Notes: generated by a model from the letters alone, not told the origin. A DNA stretch of 64,000 bases from Eledone cirrhosa (GCA_964016885.1 OZ024746.1:72478001-72542000); one strand, 5' to 3'. Counted from the stretch's first letter, positions 14,582-29,225 are shown. Made by a program: numbers and translations.

Positions 14582-15994
14582 AAAGGCTTTGCACTTTACA
14601 CTGCTTATGGGATCTTCCTGTTTCTGTTTTTGTTTCTAAACATAATGCCTTTAAGTCCACATTATCCATATGATAGGTCTGTAGAACAACTGAAAACGTG
14701 AAGTTAGTTGTCGTGAGCAACCTATCTGGCAAAGTAAAAGCGACGTTGCATTTTATGTACTTATAATCACATTTACTTTCTCTATTACTACATTTATTTC
14801 CTAATGATTCAATTTGATCTTATAATTTCGTTTATTTTCTTATAAAACAAAAATCATATAGCCTAAAAATATATTGAAAATATTTCCATTTTAAATTTTG
14901 TTATCAGTTTTAAGTTCAAATTAAACGTTGTTTAAAAATATTAGTACGGTTTTATGTATTTTTCGACGAATACGGTCCCCCTTCTGCACGCCACCGATGT
15001 CATCGCAGGCGAACTCAGAACGCAAAAATAAATCGAAAGAAGTACCATAAGGCATCTCGTCTGACGCCCTAATAATTTCACCAATCCACTTCCCTCTGCT
15101 AATCTTGTATTTAATGACTACGAAAGGATGAAAAATAAAATTGACCTCGGTGAAATTTCAATTCAAACAACTGGAACGAATATGTTAAAGCATATTAATG
15201 AAACATGGTATCAAACTAAAGAAAAGTGTCTGATAACGATTAAAATGTAATTTTCTTCGTTCCGTGTTCCAATTCTGACGAGATCAACATTGCATTCCAT
15301 CCTCCTGTAGTCGATAAGAACTATTCTAGCACGGTGGTATGGCAGAATTGTTAGAGCGTTGTTTTACGATATCTGTTCCGACACTTTCCGTTCTAAAATC
15401 AAATTCTATTTTGGCCTACCTTGGTGGCAGAATTAATCCGTCGCCCAGTTTAACACCATCTCCTAACCTTCAGGTGACTTTAGCGGTATTTTCGGACCAT
15501 AACATGCCAGATTTAAGAGATCTTGCTTTTGTTTTCAACGCTCTCCAACGTTCAACCGCTAAAATAATTTCAATAAGAAAATACCCGATTTTTATCGACC
15601 GAAATATTGAAAGTTAAATTCCAGTTAACAAAAGAAAACACCACCACCTGGTACTTAAATACCGTTAATGGTGTTGCCGGGTCATGACCATGGAGCGCCG
15701 AATTTAAGATATCCTACCTGTATTATTCAATGCTCTCTAACATTCAATCACTAGAGCTTTTGAAATATTTCCAATAAAAAAGACTGATTTCTAACGACAG
15801 ATACGCTGAATGCGAGATGTCCAATGGGAGAAGCACTTTAACAAAAATATTATTTTTTATTTTCTTTGAGTATGAGTTTGGTATTCAACCATTCGAAATT
15901 TCAATATTTTAGTATATTTCAACAAATATTTATGATAACAAAAAGATATGAGCTCAGAACTGGTGAGGTTATTTTGACATTAGTTTTTATGTGC

Positions 15995-16068
<74 letters not shown>

Positions 16069-16091
16069 CAGCTAAAACTTCGATGTATACC

Positions 16092-16155
<64 letters not shown>

Positions 16156-16231
16156 CACATACAATCATACATAACATTATCCCATTATCCCTTTCTTCTT
16201 ATTTTTCTTCTTAAATCCATTCCTATTTTTG

Positions 16232-17300
16232 TTATTATTATTGTTCTTTGAGTCTCAGTCATTGATGTTATTTAACTGGAAAGTTTGTTGAAATGAATAT
16301 CAAGTCGCTACCTGCAGCCTCAGACATTCAGGACGTATCGGAGGGTTCTTGCTGTTCCCAGCAAGCAAGCCTTTTGAAATGTTCCAAAAAGCGGGGCTGG
16401 ACTAATCTTCTTTAACCATCCTTGGAAACTCTTTGAGATAGTACGTAGTGCGCCTATGACAATCGGGACGACCTTGATTTCATGGCAGTTCCAAATCCTT
16501 TTTAACTCCCACTTTAAATCCTGGTATCGATTAATTTTCTCCCTCTCCTTTTCTTGCACTCTCGTGTCAAATGGGCAGGCTACATCTACAATCAGGCACG
16601 ATCTTTTTTCCTTGTCCAAAACCACCAGGTCAGGCCTATTGTGTTCTAATTTCTTGTCCGTCTGTATCCTAAAATCCCATAACACCTTCACCTGATCGCT
16701 TTCTATCACCGATTCTGGCTTATGCTCATACCACTTCTCAGAATGTGGTAAATTGTTTACTTTGCATAGGTGCCAGTGGATCACCCTGCCTATCACATCA
16801 TGTCTCCAGCCTTTATAATGAGTCTGGGCTAGGTGTTTACACTCGGATACAATGTGAGCCACAGTCTCCTCTCTCTCTCCACAGATCCTACACAGTGAGC
16901 TAGCCTCCTCCTTGTCAATATGGTGTTTCACCCACTTCGTTCTGAGGGCTTGCTCTTGCACAGCCATTAGCATTCCTTCTGTAGCTTTTTAAGGTCTCCT
17001 CTTTTTAACCAGTTCCATGTCTGTGGATCTCTAAATTCCGTTTTCTTAAAGAAGGTGCTATGAAGGGATTTTTCATGAAGGCTGCTCTTCCTTCTTGTTG
17101 TTATTTCCTCCTTGGACATGTCCTGGTCTATTGTCTTCTCCTTCAATACAATTTTGAGCATTGGCTCCCTACTGTCAGTCACATATTTGTGCAGGTTGTT
17201 TTTCTCCATCTGAACACAGTCCTCTATGCTGATAAGACCTCTTCCACCTTCAGATCTCTTTAAGTAGAGTCTATCGACATCACTCCTCATATTTTCCATA
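16232..17300 (-). pseudogene. 5'-truncated R4/Dong-like non-LTR retrotransposon (RT C-terminus, CCHC knuckle, restriction-like endonuclease)
   Basis: CRICGEREETVAHIVSEC, RHD and RPDLVV..IVDVACP..K..RY motifs. One frameshift near 16970. Short (AAT)n tail at about 16232. Confidence 0.9.
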
Positions 17301-17302
17301 TA

Positions 17303-17334
<32 letters not shown>

Positions 17335-17378
17335 GGAGTGTCTCTTGTTCCTGTCCTTATATATATATATGTATACAT

Positions 17379-17816
17379 ATACGATATATTAACAAATGGA
17401 AACTATATTTATAAAACCATATTTATTTCATTATACATATTTCAAGGACACCAAGTCAAATTATGGTGCGCTTTCATGAGATAAAATATAATATAGATCA
17501 GTTTTATAAATAAATATTGACATACCCTAAAGAATGCGACCATCCGGGAGCTTCCAACAGAAATGGTCGCATTCTTTAAGGGTATGTCAATATTTATTTA
17601 TAAAACTGATCTATATTATATTTTATATGATGAAAGCGCACCATAATTTGACTTGGTGTCCTTGAAATATGTATAATGAAATAAATATGGTTTTATAAAT
17701 ATAGTTTCCATTTGTTAATATATCGTATTTTTACTCCAATAATTTGTTGAGTGCTTTATATCAGTTATAAAAATATTTGCTTGTTGTATCCCAACAATTT
17801 AAATATAACTTCTACA
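17379..17816 (+). mobile_element. Family B PLE terminal-repeat remnant with 165-bp fold-back arms
   Basis: Arms 17379-17543 / 17563-17728, each with a mutated hammerhead. Homologues at 31940 and 41608. Confidence 0.85.
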
Positions 17817-17878
17817 TATATGTATACATATATACATACATATAGATACATACATATGTACATACATATATACATACA

Positions 17879-17914
<36 letters not shown>

Positions 17915-17993
17915 CATACATACATATATACATACATACATATATACATATATATATACACACATACATGTATACATACATATATACATACAT

Positions 17994-18024
<31 letters not shown>

Positions 18025-18025
18025 G

Positions 18026-18067
<42 letters not shown>

Positions 18068-18298
18068 ATGTGTGTGTATGTATATATGTATGTATGTATG
18101 TATATATATATGTATGTATGTATATATATATATGTATGCATGTATATATGTATGTATATATGTATATATATATATATGTATGTATGTATGTATATATATA
18201 TATGTATGTATATATGTATGTATGTACATATGTATGTATCTATATGTATGTATATATGTATACATATATATATGTATACATATATATATATATATATA

Positions 18299-18577
18299 TA
18301 TAAGGACAGGAACAAGAGACACTCCACCAGACTGGCGGACCTAATATGGGGACTCAAAGACAGTGGTACAGAGTTTGACCTCAGCTGGAGTATTGTCCAG
18401 CGCGCGAATGCGTACTCGGCCGGCGAGATGAGGTGCAAGTTGTGCCTGTCCGAGGCTATGGAGATAGTAAAACTAAAGGGCGACGTAGTAAACCTCAAAT
18501 CTGAAATCATCAGGGCCTGCAGATACCAACGTAAATGCATGCTCTCCGCTTTAGTGATACCGGGTGCGTCTATCTAA
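18299..18577 (+). pseudogene. C-terminal end of a PLE GIY-YIG endonuclease ORF
   Basis: ST.L...IW.LKD....W.I...A..YS.....CKLCLSE...I......N..SEI...CR, recognised from memory as a PLE endonuclease tail. The 3' UTR carries a hammerhead. Confidence 0.7.
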
Positions 18578-20641
18578 GGCACTACCGCTATGACAATGCC
18601 AAGTGGGGCGCATGCACCGGACCACGATATGCCACAGCATAACTATGAATGCAAGGCGGAACAAGCTGATATCAACGACAGGTCCAACGATACCTACCTC
18701 ATAACGTACCTTGGATAACACCATCCCACCAACTTGAAGACGCCGACTTAATATAAGTCTGATTTTGTCGACAACCTTATGTGTGGTTTTTAATTTTTAA
18801 TTTTCGATTCGTGATGTTTAATTTGCAACTTTGATGTTGTACTTGATGCTGGTTTTAAGGTTAGTGTTGCAGTTAATTCTAACTTTCCCTGCCATTGCTA
18901 TATACAGGCCTACAACACAAGCCGCTGGTATATTCCACTTATGCGTCCATTCCATGTACATTTCATATATACTGTTATGAAACACATATTCTATACATTC
19001 ACGATATATTCCACGTATGCATCCATTCCATGTACATTTCATATATACTATTATGAAAAGGATATTCTACACATTCACAATATATATAACTTGTTTGTGT
19101 ATGCACACACGGTCCCCTGTGTCCACCTGTCATGAAACCTGTCTCATGCGCATGGTTGATATGCACGCTCTTACCCAGTCCCTTGGATCGTCAGTCCTTC
19201 TGTATCTTATACAACCCTATGCACCACAGCCCTCAAGTGTTTTTATGCAACTTTATGCACATCCCAATAATGTCCGGGTGGCGTGAACAGATAACCCCTC
19301 TGCATCTTTGTCATGTATACATTCCTTTTTCCAGTATTTTATTTTATCTTATTTTATTTTATTTTATTTTATTTTATTTTATTTTATTTTATTTTATTTT
19401 ATTTTATTTTATTTTATGTACGTACACGCATTTATATATGTGCACCCCATGTTATCTGTGATTAGGGCATGGCTACTACGTAGCTATTACATTTATGTAT
19501 ATTGTGAATGCACTCTCAGGCTTATATCGCCACATGAATGGCTTGGGTACAAGCCTCAAGAATGTTGTCTCATATAATATTTTCTGCACTATGTGCACAA
19601 TTGCGTGTGTGTGTGGATGTGTAAGTATTCATCAAGTATGTGCTTTTTTTAGACGTATAAGCATGTCCACGCACATATGCATACATGCATGTGTATACAT
19701 GTCTGGGTGGATGTATTTGTAAGAACATGTCTGTGTAAGTGTATGCATATGTATGTGTAGATCTTCCATTTTTTCATCTGTATATATATGCAACGTCTTA
19801 ACTATACACGCTTTCCTGAGTACAGTGTGTGTGTGTGTGTGTAGATATGTGTATATTTATCAAAAATACCTTTGAATTAACTTTCTTGAAAGGCTATTTC
19901 AAGCTTTCTTTTAAAAACGTTCTTTTTACAGGGTTTTTCTTTTTTAAATGTGTGTTTTTTAAGGTATTTTGAGGCTGTGATTTTCTGAAACGTTCTGTTA
20001 AATGTTTTTCCTTTTTTTTTTATTCTTTCTAAGTATTCGCTGCACATTCAATATCTACTAAATTTGTCGAATATAATACAGTTGCGGGTGTGTACGTGAT
20101 CGATATGGGTGAATAAATGCCCGTATCTATCACGCCTGCACGAAACATGGACATGGGTGAGGGCGACTACAGGTTGAGAAGCCGGTGACAGTGCACGAGC
20201 GGTTCAATCATACAGCCCCTTACCTCCTACAGTAGTAATTCCGATTTAAGAAACAACTTTGATTGACAGGTGGCGAATGAAAGGAACCAAATGTAGGACG
20301 GCCATGAGTGGTCCAAAATACCGATGACGTGTACAATTCTTGACCACTCATAGAATGACAACAACAGGATCTAAGCTGCCGAGTGAGGGCCGCGGGTGTA
20401 ACTGGACATTTGGGAACTCTGCTTCGTAGAATCGAGACGTATCTGAGGACCTTGCGATTTCAGAGTCAGGTTCGATCATTACATCGATCCTGCCTCGAGC
20501 TGGTCGCCAGAGAAACGATTGTAATATGTCTAATAAATTTTATTCGTCGCAACACTGATTCTCCGTTTCTTGTGTGATATCATACTCTGCTCTGTAAGAG
20601 CATCGAGTGCTTACGGGCGCTTTAAGCATCCCACACCAATT
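18301..20641 (+). mobile_element. 5'-truncated PLE with long 3' UTR/pLTR ending in (TA)n
   Basis: ORF end, hammerhead at 20435-20531, GAGTGCT motif at 20605 and (TA)n flanks. Continuity of the interior is assumed. Confidence 0.55.
20435..20531 (+). ncRNA. Type I hammerhead with extended stem II
   Basis: agacgtat CTGAGGA (62-nt imperfect hairpin) GAAA cgattg TA atatgtct: 8-bp stem I. Confidence 0.8.
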
Positions 20642-20643
20642 AT

Positions 20644-20760
<117 letters not shown>

Positions 20761-21096
20761 TAAAAATAGCGGCACCTAATACTCAGCGCACCGACAGCCA
20801 ACTTAAGTAATTTTACACTATATTCAATGTCATTTCATATTTTGAAATCAAATGTGTGAGGTGAGAGGGAGCGAAGGTTCGAGAAAATAGCGATGACGGA
20901 GAATGAATAGTGGAGTGTAGTGGATGGTGGAGGGGGAGAATGTTCTAGAAGACATTTGGGAAGATGGATGAGGGGAGAGAATATTCTATAAGACAGCTGA
21001 GAGTAAGGGTAGAAGCAGAGAATATTGTAGACGATAGCTTGGAGGAGATGTTCTAAGAATGTGCGCTGTTATTCAAATAACGAAACATACTACTTG

Positions 21097-21356
21097 TAAA
21101 ATTAACGCACTAGTGGCTGAGCATTCCACAAACACGTGTAACTCTTAACGCTGTTCTCGAGGAGATTCCGTATGACACAGTGTGTAACAAGGTTAGCCCT
21201 TTGAATAATAGGTACAAATCATATTTGCCAACTGAGTGGATCGCAGCAACGTGAAGCAAAGTGTTTTGCTCAAGATCAAAATGCTTCACCAGGAATCAAT
21301 TGAGGGCCTTACAATGATGAGCCAAACATCCTAACCACTCAGCTATACGCTTTCAC
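21097..21356 (-). mobile_element. Older SINE, second family (CORE-like segment)
   Basis: AAAGTGTTTTGCTCAAG segment. Diverged relatives near 47340, 51690, 53590 and 55390. Confidence 0.6.
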
Positions 21357-21551
21357 AACGTTGTAGGAAACAGCTTAGTTAAAGAATATTCATGTTTGTT
21401 GTTATGTGTGATTGCTTAACACTAAAATTATTCAGATTTCTGTCTGTAAATTTTCATGGCTCTTTATATTATCTCTCAAGCGGTTGTTCATATTCACTGC
21501 CAATGACCAAAGTTACCTAATTCTATATATGCTTTTATATATATATGCTTT

Positions 21552-21625
<74 letters not shown>

Positions 21626-21628
<3 letters not shown>

Positions 21629-21742
21629 CGTCCGAGAGGTTAAAACCCTCTTCTTGCTATTTCAAGCGTTAAACTAATATATTCCGTCCATGTACTGTGC
21701 CGTTTGCTTTGTTATTTTTGTTATTTCTGTTTACCTTTTACA
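21626..21742 (+). mobile_element. Family F 3' remnant starting in the hammerhead stem II loop
   Basis: Matches the reverse complement of 1263-1370. Flanked by (TG)n and (TA)n. Confidence 0.75.
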
Positions 21743-21833
21743 TATATATATATATATGTATATATATACATACATATATATATATACATATATACATATA
21801 TACTTATATAGATATAGATATAGATATATATAC

Positions 21834-21866
<33 letters not shown>

Positions 21867-21900
21867 CATTTATATATACATATATATATACATATATATA

Positions 21901-22812
21901 TAAAATTTCAGGTTATCAATAATGTAGAGATAATATATCGTTACGTTAGAGGTGAACAGCGTACGTGCAGGTTTGCTCAACGAGTATAAATTATATTCCG
22001 GAGAAAGTGTAGAAAGGATGAATATAAAATGAAAGTGCTTTTTTTAAAAAGGAATTTATTAGGTATTGACATATGTTTCTGTAACAGACGGAATACCTAT
22101 GTATCGCTGCTTGCGTAATCATATAATGTTAGCAAGTATTCGATAGCAAATGTATAATCAGTTGTCACTTCTTCAGAGATCTTGGATAAATTGGATAAAA
22201 TCAGAAAAATTGAAGTATTTATATTAGTAATAGAGGAAGAAACAGAGGGGATAGTATATGACAGATGGTAAATTAATTTACTGCTAAACAAGTATATAAT
22301 GGGTTTCTAATGAGAATACCATGAGTAAATCTAAATAAGAATTTTGGGAGTGCCAATTTTAATCTCTACTTGACCAACTGAACAGTGGACAGGGCTGGTC
22401 ATTTGGTGCAGTAGTATTAATTATAAAGTGTCAATTGGGGAAGGGGGACATTTCGATTACTACTAAATAACATCATTCCCCAATTGACACTTTATAATTA
22501 ATACTACTGCACCAAATGACCATATACTTGTTTAGCAGTAAATTAATTTACCATCTGTCATATACTATCCCCTCTGTTTCTTCCTCTATTACTAATATAA
22601 ATACTTCAATTTTTCTGATTTTATCTAATTTATCCAAGATCTCTGAAGAAGTGACAACTGATTATACATTTGCTATCGAATACTTGCTAACATTATATGA
22701 TTACGCAAGCAGCGATACATAGGTATTCCGTCTGTTACAGAAACATATGTCAATACCTAATAAATTCCTTTTTTAAAAAAGCACTTTCATTTTATATTCA
22801 TCCTTTCTACAT
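21901..22812 (-). mobile_element. Family G remnant with long fold-back arm
   Basis: About 22008-22296 and 22395-22441 are inverted, near-identically, in 22477-22812. TA-rich flanks. Confidence 0.8.
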
Positions 22813-22907
22813 ATATATATATATATACATATATATATACATATATATATATACATATATATATAAATATATATATATAAATATATAAATATATATATAT
22901 AAATATC

Positions 22908-22965
<58 letters not shown>

Positions 22966-22966
<1 letters not shown>

Positions 22967-23143
22967 CTGTTTCTACTTTAGGCACAAGGCCAGCAATTAC
23001 CCAGTGTATTACTGGTACTTTATTTTATCGGCCCCATAAGGATGAAAGGCAAAGTTAACCTCGGCGCGATTTGAACTTAGAATGGCAAGGGCCGTAACTC
23101 TATGCGTCAAAGCATGGCGTCCGACCCTCTACCGATACTGCCA
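22966..23143 (-). mobile_element. tRNA-derived SINE
   Basis: Same family as 2250. Confidence 0.85.
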
Positions 23144-23227
23144 AATATATATAATTTCTGAAATGTCAACACTTCCCGTTGGCCATCGCTTAAATAAACA
23201 TACTAATTTTCTGTCACTAATTTTCTC

Positions 23228-23309
23228 TTAAAGATAAGGGGAAATTAAAAGAATATGAAAATAATATATATATATATATATACATATATATATACACACA
23301 TATACACAT

Positions 23310-23400
<91 letters not shown>

Positions 23401-23578
23401 TATACACTTATATATACATATATATATATATATACATGTATATATATATGTATATATGTATGTATATATGTGTGTATATATATATATATGTGCATATATG
23501 TATATATATATGTGTGTATGTGTGTGTGTGTATGTGTATATATATGTATATATATATATATGTATATATAAGTGTATA

Positions 23579-23665
<87 letters not shown>

Positions 23666-24555
23666 ATGTGTATATGTGTGTATATATATATGTATATATA
23701 TATATATAAGTATATATATATATATATTATTTTCATATTCTTTTAATTTCCCCTTATCTTTAACAGCACTTTTCAACTGCATCTAACTCTTATTTATCAT
23801 ATCTATATGTATTAGTATAATTTTATCAATATAAATATACCCATCAATTAAATTAATTTTATATTCTTTTCATAGATGTATTTTTTTCACTAACATTCTT
23901 ATCTTAAAACTTTGGTCACCTTAGATATTTGTATTGGCATTACTATTTTATAACAGCCACTGCTTGTATACCTTTTACTCACCACCTGACCTATTTTCAC
24001 CCCTAAAATAAGCTTCAATTACTACTATTTTACCATTTGGCCAATTATTAACTTTCTATTGGTTAATTCTAAACCTCTTACCAAACAGACAGAATATATT
24101 AGATCTTTGTTGGTTTTATTCAATGAACAAATAAAATTATTTCTGAGGTCAGCATAAGACCTATTTCTTCCCTAAAATAATCCTTCATTCATAATATTCT
24201 TTTCCATCCAAAACTGAAATCTACCTTCCTCTACCCATAATTTAAGGTTCTTCTAATACTATATTACTATCTTGACCCTCACTATCTCCTGATTGGTCAA
24301 TTCAAAACCTGTTCCCAAACAGACCTATTGTATTGAATCTTTGTTATTTTCAATAAACAAATATCATTATTTCTGAAGACAGCATATATATGTGTAGGTA
24401 TGTATATTCCCTCTGATAGTTTGTATAAATATTGTACATAGATCTATAGAATATGCATACCAACTCTAACACATATATATCCTAGAAACGATCGTAAAAT
24501 GATGAATTTTTTTTAATATAAGGAACTGTTTCTTTGTTTATTCATTATTTTATTA

Positions 24556-24560
<5 letters not shown>
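23228..24560 (+). mobile_element. PLE 3' remnant with 5' fold-back and terminal hammerhead
   Basis: Inverted repeat 23228-23763, internal ~230-bp duplication, hammerhead at 24364-24505, ends in (TA)n. Confidence 0.7.
24364..24505 (+). ncRNA. Type I hammerhead with ~105-nt stem II
   Basis: tcattattt CTGAAGA (ATATATATGTGT..GGTATGTATATTC / GAATATGCATACC..ACACATATATAT) GAAA cgatcg TA aaatgatga. Confidence 0.8.
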
Positions 24561-24629
<69 letters not shown>

Positions 24630-24828
24630 TAACATATACATATAGAGAGGGGGGGGGAGAAAGAAAAATGTTAGATAGATAGGTAGATAGATAGATAGAC
24701 AGGTGAGATGTTACTAGTTAAGACTAATAAATCCATTATTCAACTTCGTACTCCATGCTTAAGGAAAGTAGAGTGTAGATATAATAAAAGGATAGGGATG
24801 TACAGATTGCTTGTCTCTTACGGTCGCG

Positions 24829-24878
<50 letters not shown>

Positions 24879-24882
<4 letters not shown>

Positions 24883-24972
24883 GTTTGGTTAGCACTTAGT
24901 TGTCAGTAACAAATGTTATATATATATATATATAACATTTGTTACTGACAACTAAGTGCTAACCAAACCTTT
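24879..24972. repeat. Perfect 94-bp palindrome with (TA)n apex
   Basis: AAAGGTTTGG..AAATGT (TA)n ACATTT..CCAAACCTTT, directly after a (TA)n tract. Confidence 0.9.
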
Positions 24973-26444
24973 TATGGCAGATTAGTCTAAGTCATAGAAC
25001 AAAAATTGTAGGATTACTTCAAAATTCTTTATGTCACTATGCATTCTTCACAATGTCTTACATGGAGTTGATTTTGCTGCTGTTGTTGCTACTGTTGTTG
25101 TTGTTGGTGGTAGAGGTGGTGCTGGTGGTGGTGGTAGAGTTGGCTGCGGCTTTAATATACATATGTGTGTGTGTGTGTAATTATGTATGTATGTATATGT
25201 ATTCAAAAAAAAATAAAAACCACACTTCCCCTGAAAATAAATTTGCGAAGACAAGAGAAGTCGCTGATAGCATCACCTCATACAGTGTGTGTGTGTGTGT
25301 GTGTGTGTGCGTGTGCGTGTGTGTGCGTGTGCGTGTGCGTGTGTGTGTGTGTGTGCGTGTGTGTTTAAAACTAAAAGAAGTCTTGACTTCTTGAAATTAT
25401 GTTTTCTTCAGAATTGTTAAGACTATCACCATCAGCATATCTATCGTCCATTTTTGCCTGATAGCATGGGTTGGATGTGTCGAAACTGTCCATATTAATA
25501 CTTAATGGGAGCTAGTGCCCTCCCAGCTGGCCGAGGGACCATGTCTCGCTTACATTTGCTCCTGCTTTGGAATGGCTTCTACAGCTGGATATCCTCCCTA
25601 GCACAAACCACTTTACAAAGTGTAGTGGGTGGATGCATTTACCTTGACATCAACCTCGTGGGGAGAGGGGGGTCATGTCATTGACACAACTGTGCCGTCC
25701 TCCCCATACTTTCAGTTTTGACTGGGTTTCTACATATGTATGTCCTTCCTAACACCAACTATTTTATAGAATATAGGATAAAAATATATTAAAGACACAA
25801 CCGCAGTCCCACCAGCACCAAGCTAATGATGGAACACCTAAGCGGTGGCTTGATCTGCTAGATATAGCAGCCAAATAAGTTTGTTTCACATCTGGCTCAC
25901 CGGTCTATACAAATAAATGATGCATTGGTTACTGTAGTCTCTGAAATATATACAAAGAGGGTGGTCAGGTAGGTGATGGTAGTGGTTGGGGGTTGTGGTC
26001 GAGGTCGTGGTTGTTGTTCGTGTTGTGGCTTTGATTTTCTTAAAGAATAACACCAATAACAAGAACAGCAATGCTTCATCAGAAAAGGAATAGTAGCAAT
26101 AGCAACAGCAATAGCAACCTCAACAAACTGTAGGTTGAAGAAAAACTTGCTCGTTCCTTTTCATATCCAGTGGGAATACGATCAAGTTTGAATTAATAAT
26201 AAATAAAAAACGAAAAAACACGAAAACAAAAGCTAGAAAAACGAGCAACCCCGAAGAATGTCGGAAACTCAAACAAAACTCACAGAAGCACCGAAAAGAA
26301 ATTGACAAAAATAGATTTATCAGCTCACCAATAACAACTGTAAAACAATAACAATAACAACGACAGCGAACGGGCAAAGAAACCAATAAAAAAAAAGGGG
26401 GAGGGGATTCGTTGTGAAAAAAGATTTGTTGCAAGGTACCGTTG

Positions 26445-26481
<37 letters not shown>

Positions 26482-26494
26482 ATGTATGTATATG

Positions 26495-26540
<46 letters not shown>

Positions 26541-26545
<5 letters not shown>

Positions 26546-26741
26546 GGAACCAGTAAGACCCCGACAGCTGAGCTCAAGCCGTTTCGACGGCTAATTCTGG
26601 ACTCAGTCCAGAATTAGCCGTCGAAACGGCTTGAGCTCAGCCGTCGGGGTCTTACTGGTTCCTATTACCCACTCTACTACCTCAAGTATTGAGTACTTTG
26701 GTGCCTTATGGTCCACCTGGTTCCTTACCACATTTCCTTCG

Positions 26742-26744
<3 letters not shown>
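26541..26744 (+). mobile_element. Family A remnant with fold-back (1-nt loop at 26604)
   Basis: Arms 26541-26603 / 26605-26667. (TA)n flanks. Confidence 0.9.
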
Positions 26745-26835
<91 letters not shown>

Positions 26836-26886
26836 GTATATGTATGTATGTATGTATGTATATGTATGTATGTATATATATATGTA

Positions 26887-26923
<37 letters not shown>

Positions 26924-27060
26924 GTATATGTATGTATGTATGTATGTATGTATATATATATATGTATATGTATATATATATATGTATATATATATGTGTG
27001 TGTGTATGTATATATAGACATATGTATATATATACATATATATATAAATATATATATATA

Positions 27061-27195
<135 letters not shown>

Positions 27196-27263
27196 GTATG
27201 TATATATATATATATGTATATATATATTATATATATATATGTGTAGATATAGATATATATATG

Positions 27264-27397
<134 letters not shown>

Positions 27398-27699
27398 TAA
27401 ATGTGACAAACAGACAGGCAGACAGTCCAGATAGGTAAATATGAGGACAAATAGTCAGGCAAACACAGATTACGAGAGCAGACAATCACAGTCAGGCACA
27501 GTCAGTAACAGTCTGTTAGACATTCATGCGGATTCTTCAGACAGAAGAACCAACCATCGCTCTCCTTCTTTGCTGGACAAACACTTTCCATTCATCTTTC
27601 TTTCGTTCCGTCCTCTTTCAATAGCAGACGACTGTTAAATAATCAAAAAACAACAAAAGAAGCAGAAGGATTCATGTATGAATTATAGCTAATAAAATA

Positions 27700-29188
27700 C
27701 TACAATTGCTACTATTACTACCACTGTTACTACAATCACTATTACTATCGATATTACTAGTCCTGGTGCTTGTGGTGCTGGTAGTGGTGGTGATGCTGGT
27801 GCTTGTGGTGATGCTGGTGCTGGCAGTGATGATGGTGGTGCTGTATTGGTGTTAGTGTTGGTGTTGTTGGTGTAGGTGTCGACGGTATTGGTGATGGTGT
27901 TGTTGGTGTTTTGGGGTGGTGTTACTGTTGTCGTTGGTGTTGTTGGTGGTGGTGGTGGTGGTGGTGGTGTTACGTTGATGGTGTTATTGTTGGCGTTGGA
28001 GTTGATGGTGATGTTGGTCTTGGTGGTGGTCTTGGTGGTGATGTTGGTGATGGTGTTGGGTGTTGGTGGTGGTGGTGTTGATGGTAGCAGTGGCGGTGGT
28101 GTCGATGGTGTTATTACGGTTACAACTTTATACTGCTGCAGTTGTACTCATCGTTTTTGTCGCTGTGATTTTTGTTATTATTGTTATTGTAGTTGTTATT
28201 GTAGTTGTTATTGATCATCATCGCTGCGATTTTATCTTGTCGGATCACATTCATTTTATATTTGTCGTTCTGTGGTCTATTATTTCTTAAAAGCAGACGA
28301 CTAGTACTGGACTCACCTATAAGTTAAATAAGATCTAGCTTACGGCCATATACCCACGGAAGCCTCACGTTTTAAAATATTTTTTTATTTTATCATTAGG
28401 TTTTATTCTTTAACAATAAATCATCAAACATTATATCATTANNNNNNNNNNNNNNNNNNNNNNNNNNNNNNNNNNNNNNNNNNNNNNNNNNNNNNNNNNN
28501 NNNNNNNNNNNNNNNNNNNNNNNNNNNNNNNNNNNNNNNNNNNNNNNNNNNNNNNNNNNNNNNNNNNNNNNNNNNNNNNNNNNNNNNNNNNNNNNNNNNN
28601 NNNNNNNNNNNNNNNNNNNNNNNNNNNNNNNNNNNNNNNNNGTGCTGGTGCTGGTGCTGATGATGGGTGTTGGTGGTGGTGATGATGGGTGTTGGTGGTG
28701 CTGGTGGTGCTGCTGGTGGTGGTGCTGGTGCTAGTGCTGGTGGGTGGTGGTGGTGGTGGTTGTGGTACTGGTGGTGCTGGTGGTGCTGATGGTGGTTGGG
28801 GTACTGGTGGTGCTGGTGGTGCTGATGATGGGTGGTGGTGGTGATGGTGCTGGTGGTAGTGCTGGTGGGTGGTGGTGCTGGTGCTAGTGCTGGTGCTGGT
28901 GCTGGTGGCGGTGGTGGTGGTGATGGGTGGCGCTGGTGCTGGTGGTGCTGGTGCTGGTGGCGGTGGTGGTGATGGGTGTTGGAGGTGGTGGTGATGGTGA
29001 TGGGAGCTGGTGCTGATGGTGCTGATAGTGCTGGTGATGGGAGCTGGTGCTGGTGGTGCTGGTGGTGCTGGTGCTGGTGACGATGGTGCTGGTGTTGCTG
29101 GTGTTGCTGGTGATGCTGGTGAATGTGATTCTCGACCGAACCGTGGCTTCGAATAATGAAACTAGATGACAGGGTAACATCCCTGGAA

Positions 29189-29225
<37 letters not shown>

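Noticed and set aside
22643-22760. Hammerhead in family G (CTGAAGA..GAAA CATATG TC)
   Set aside because: Core and palindromic stem III are present, but stem I does not pair next to the core, so it was not called as a ribozyme.
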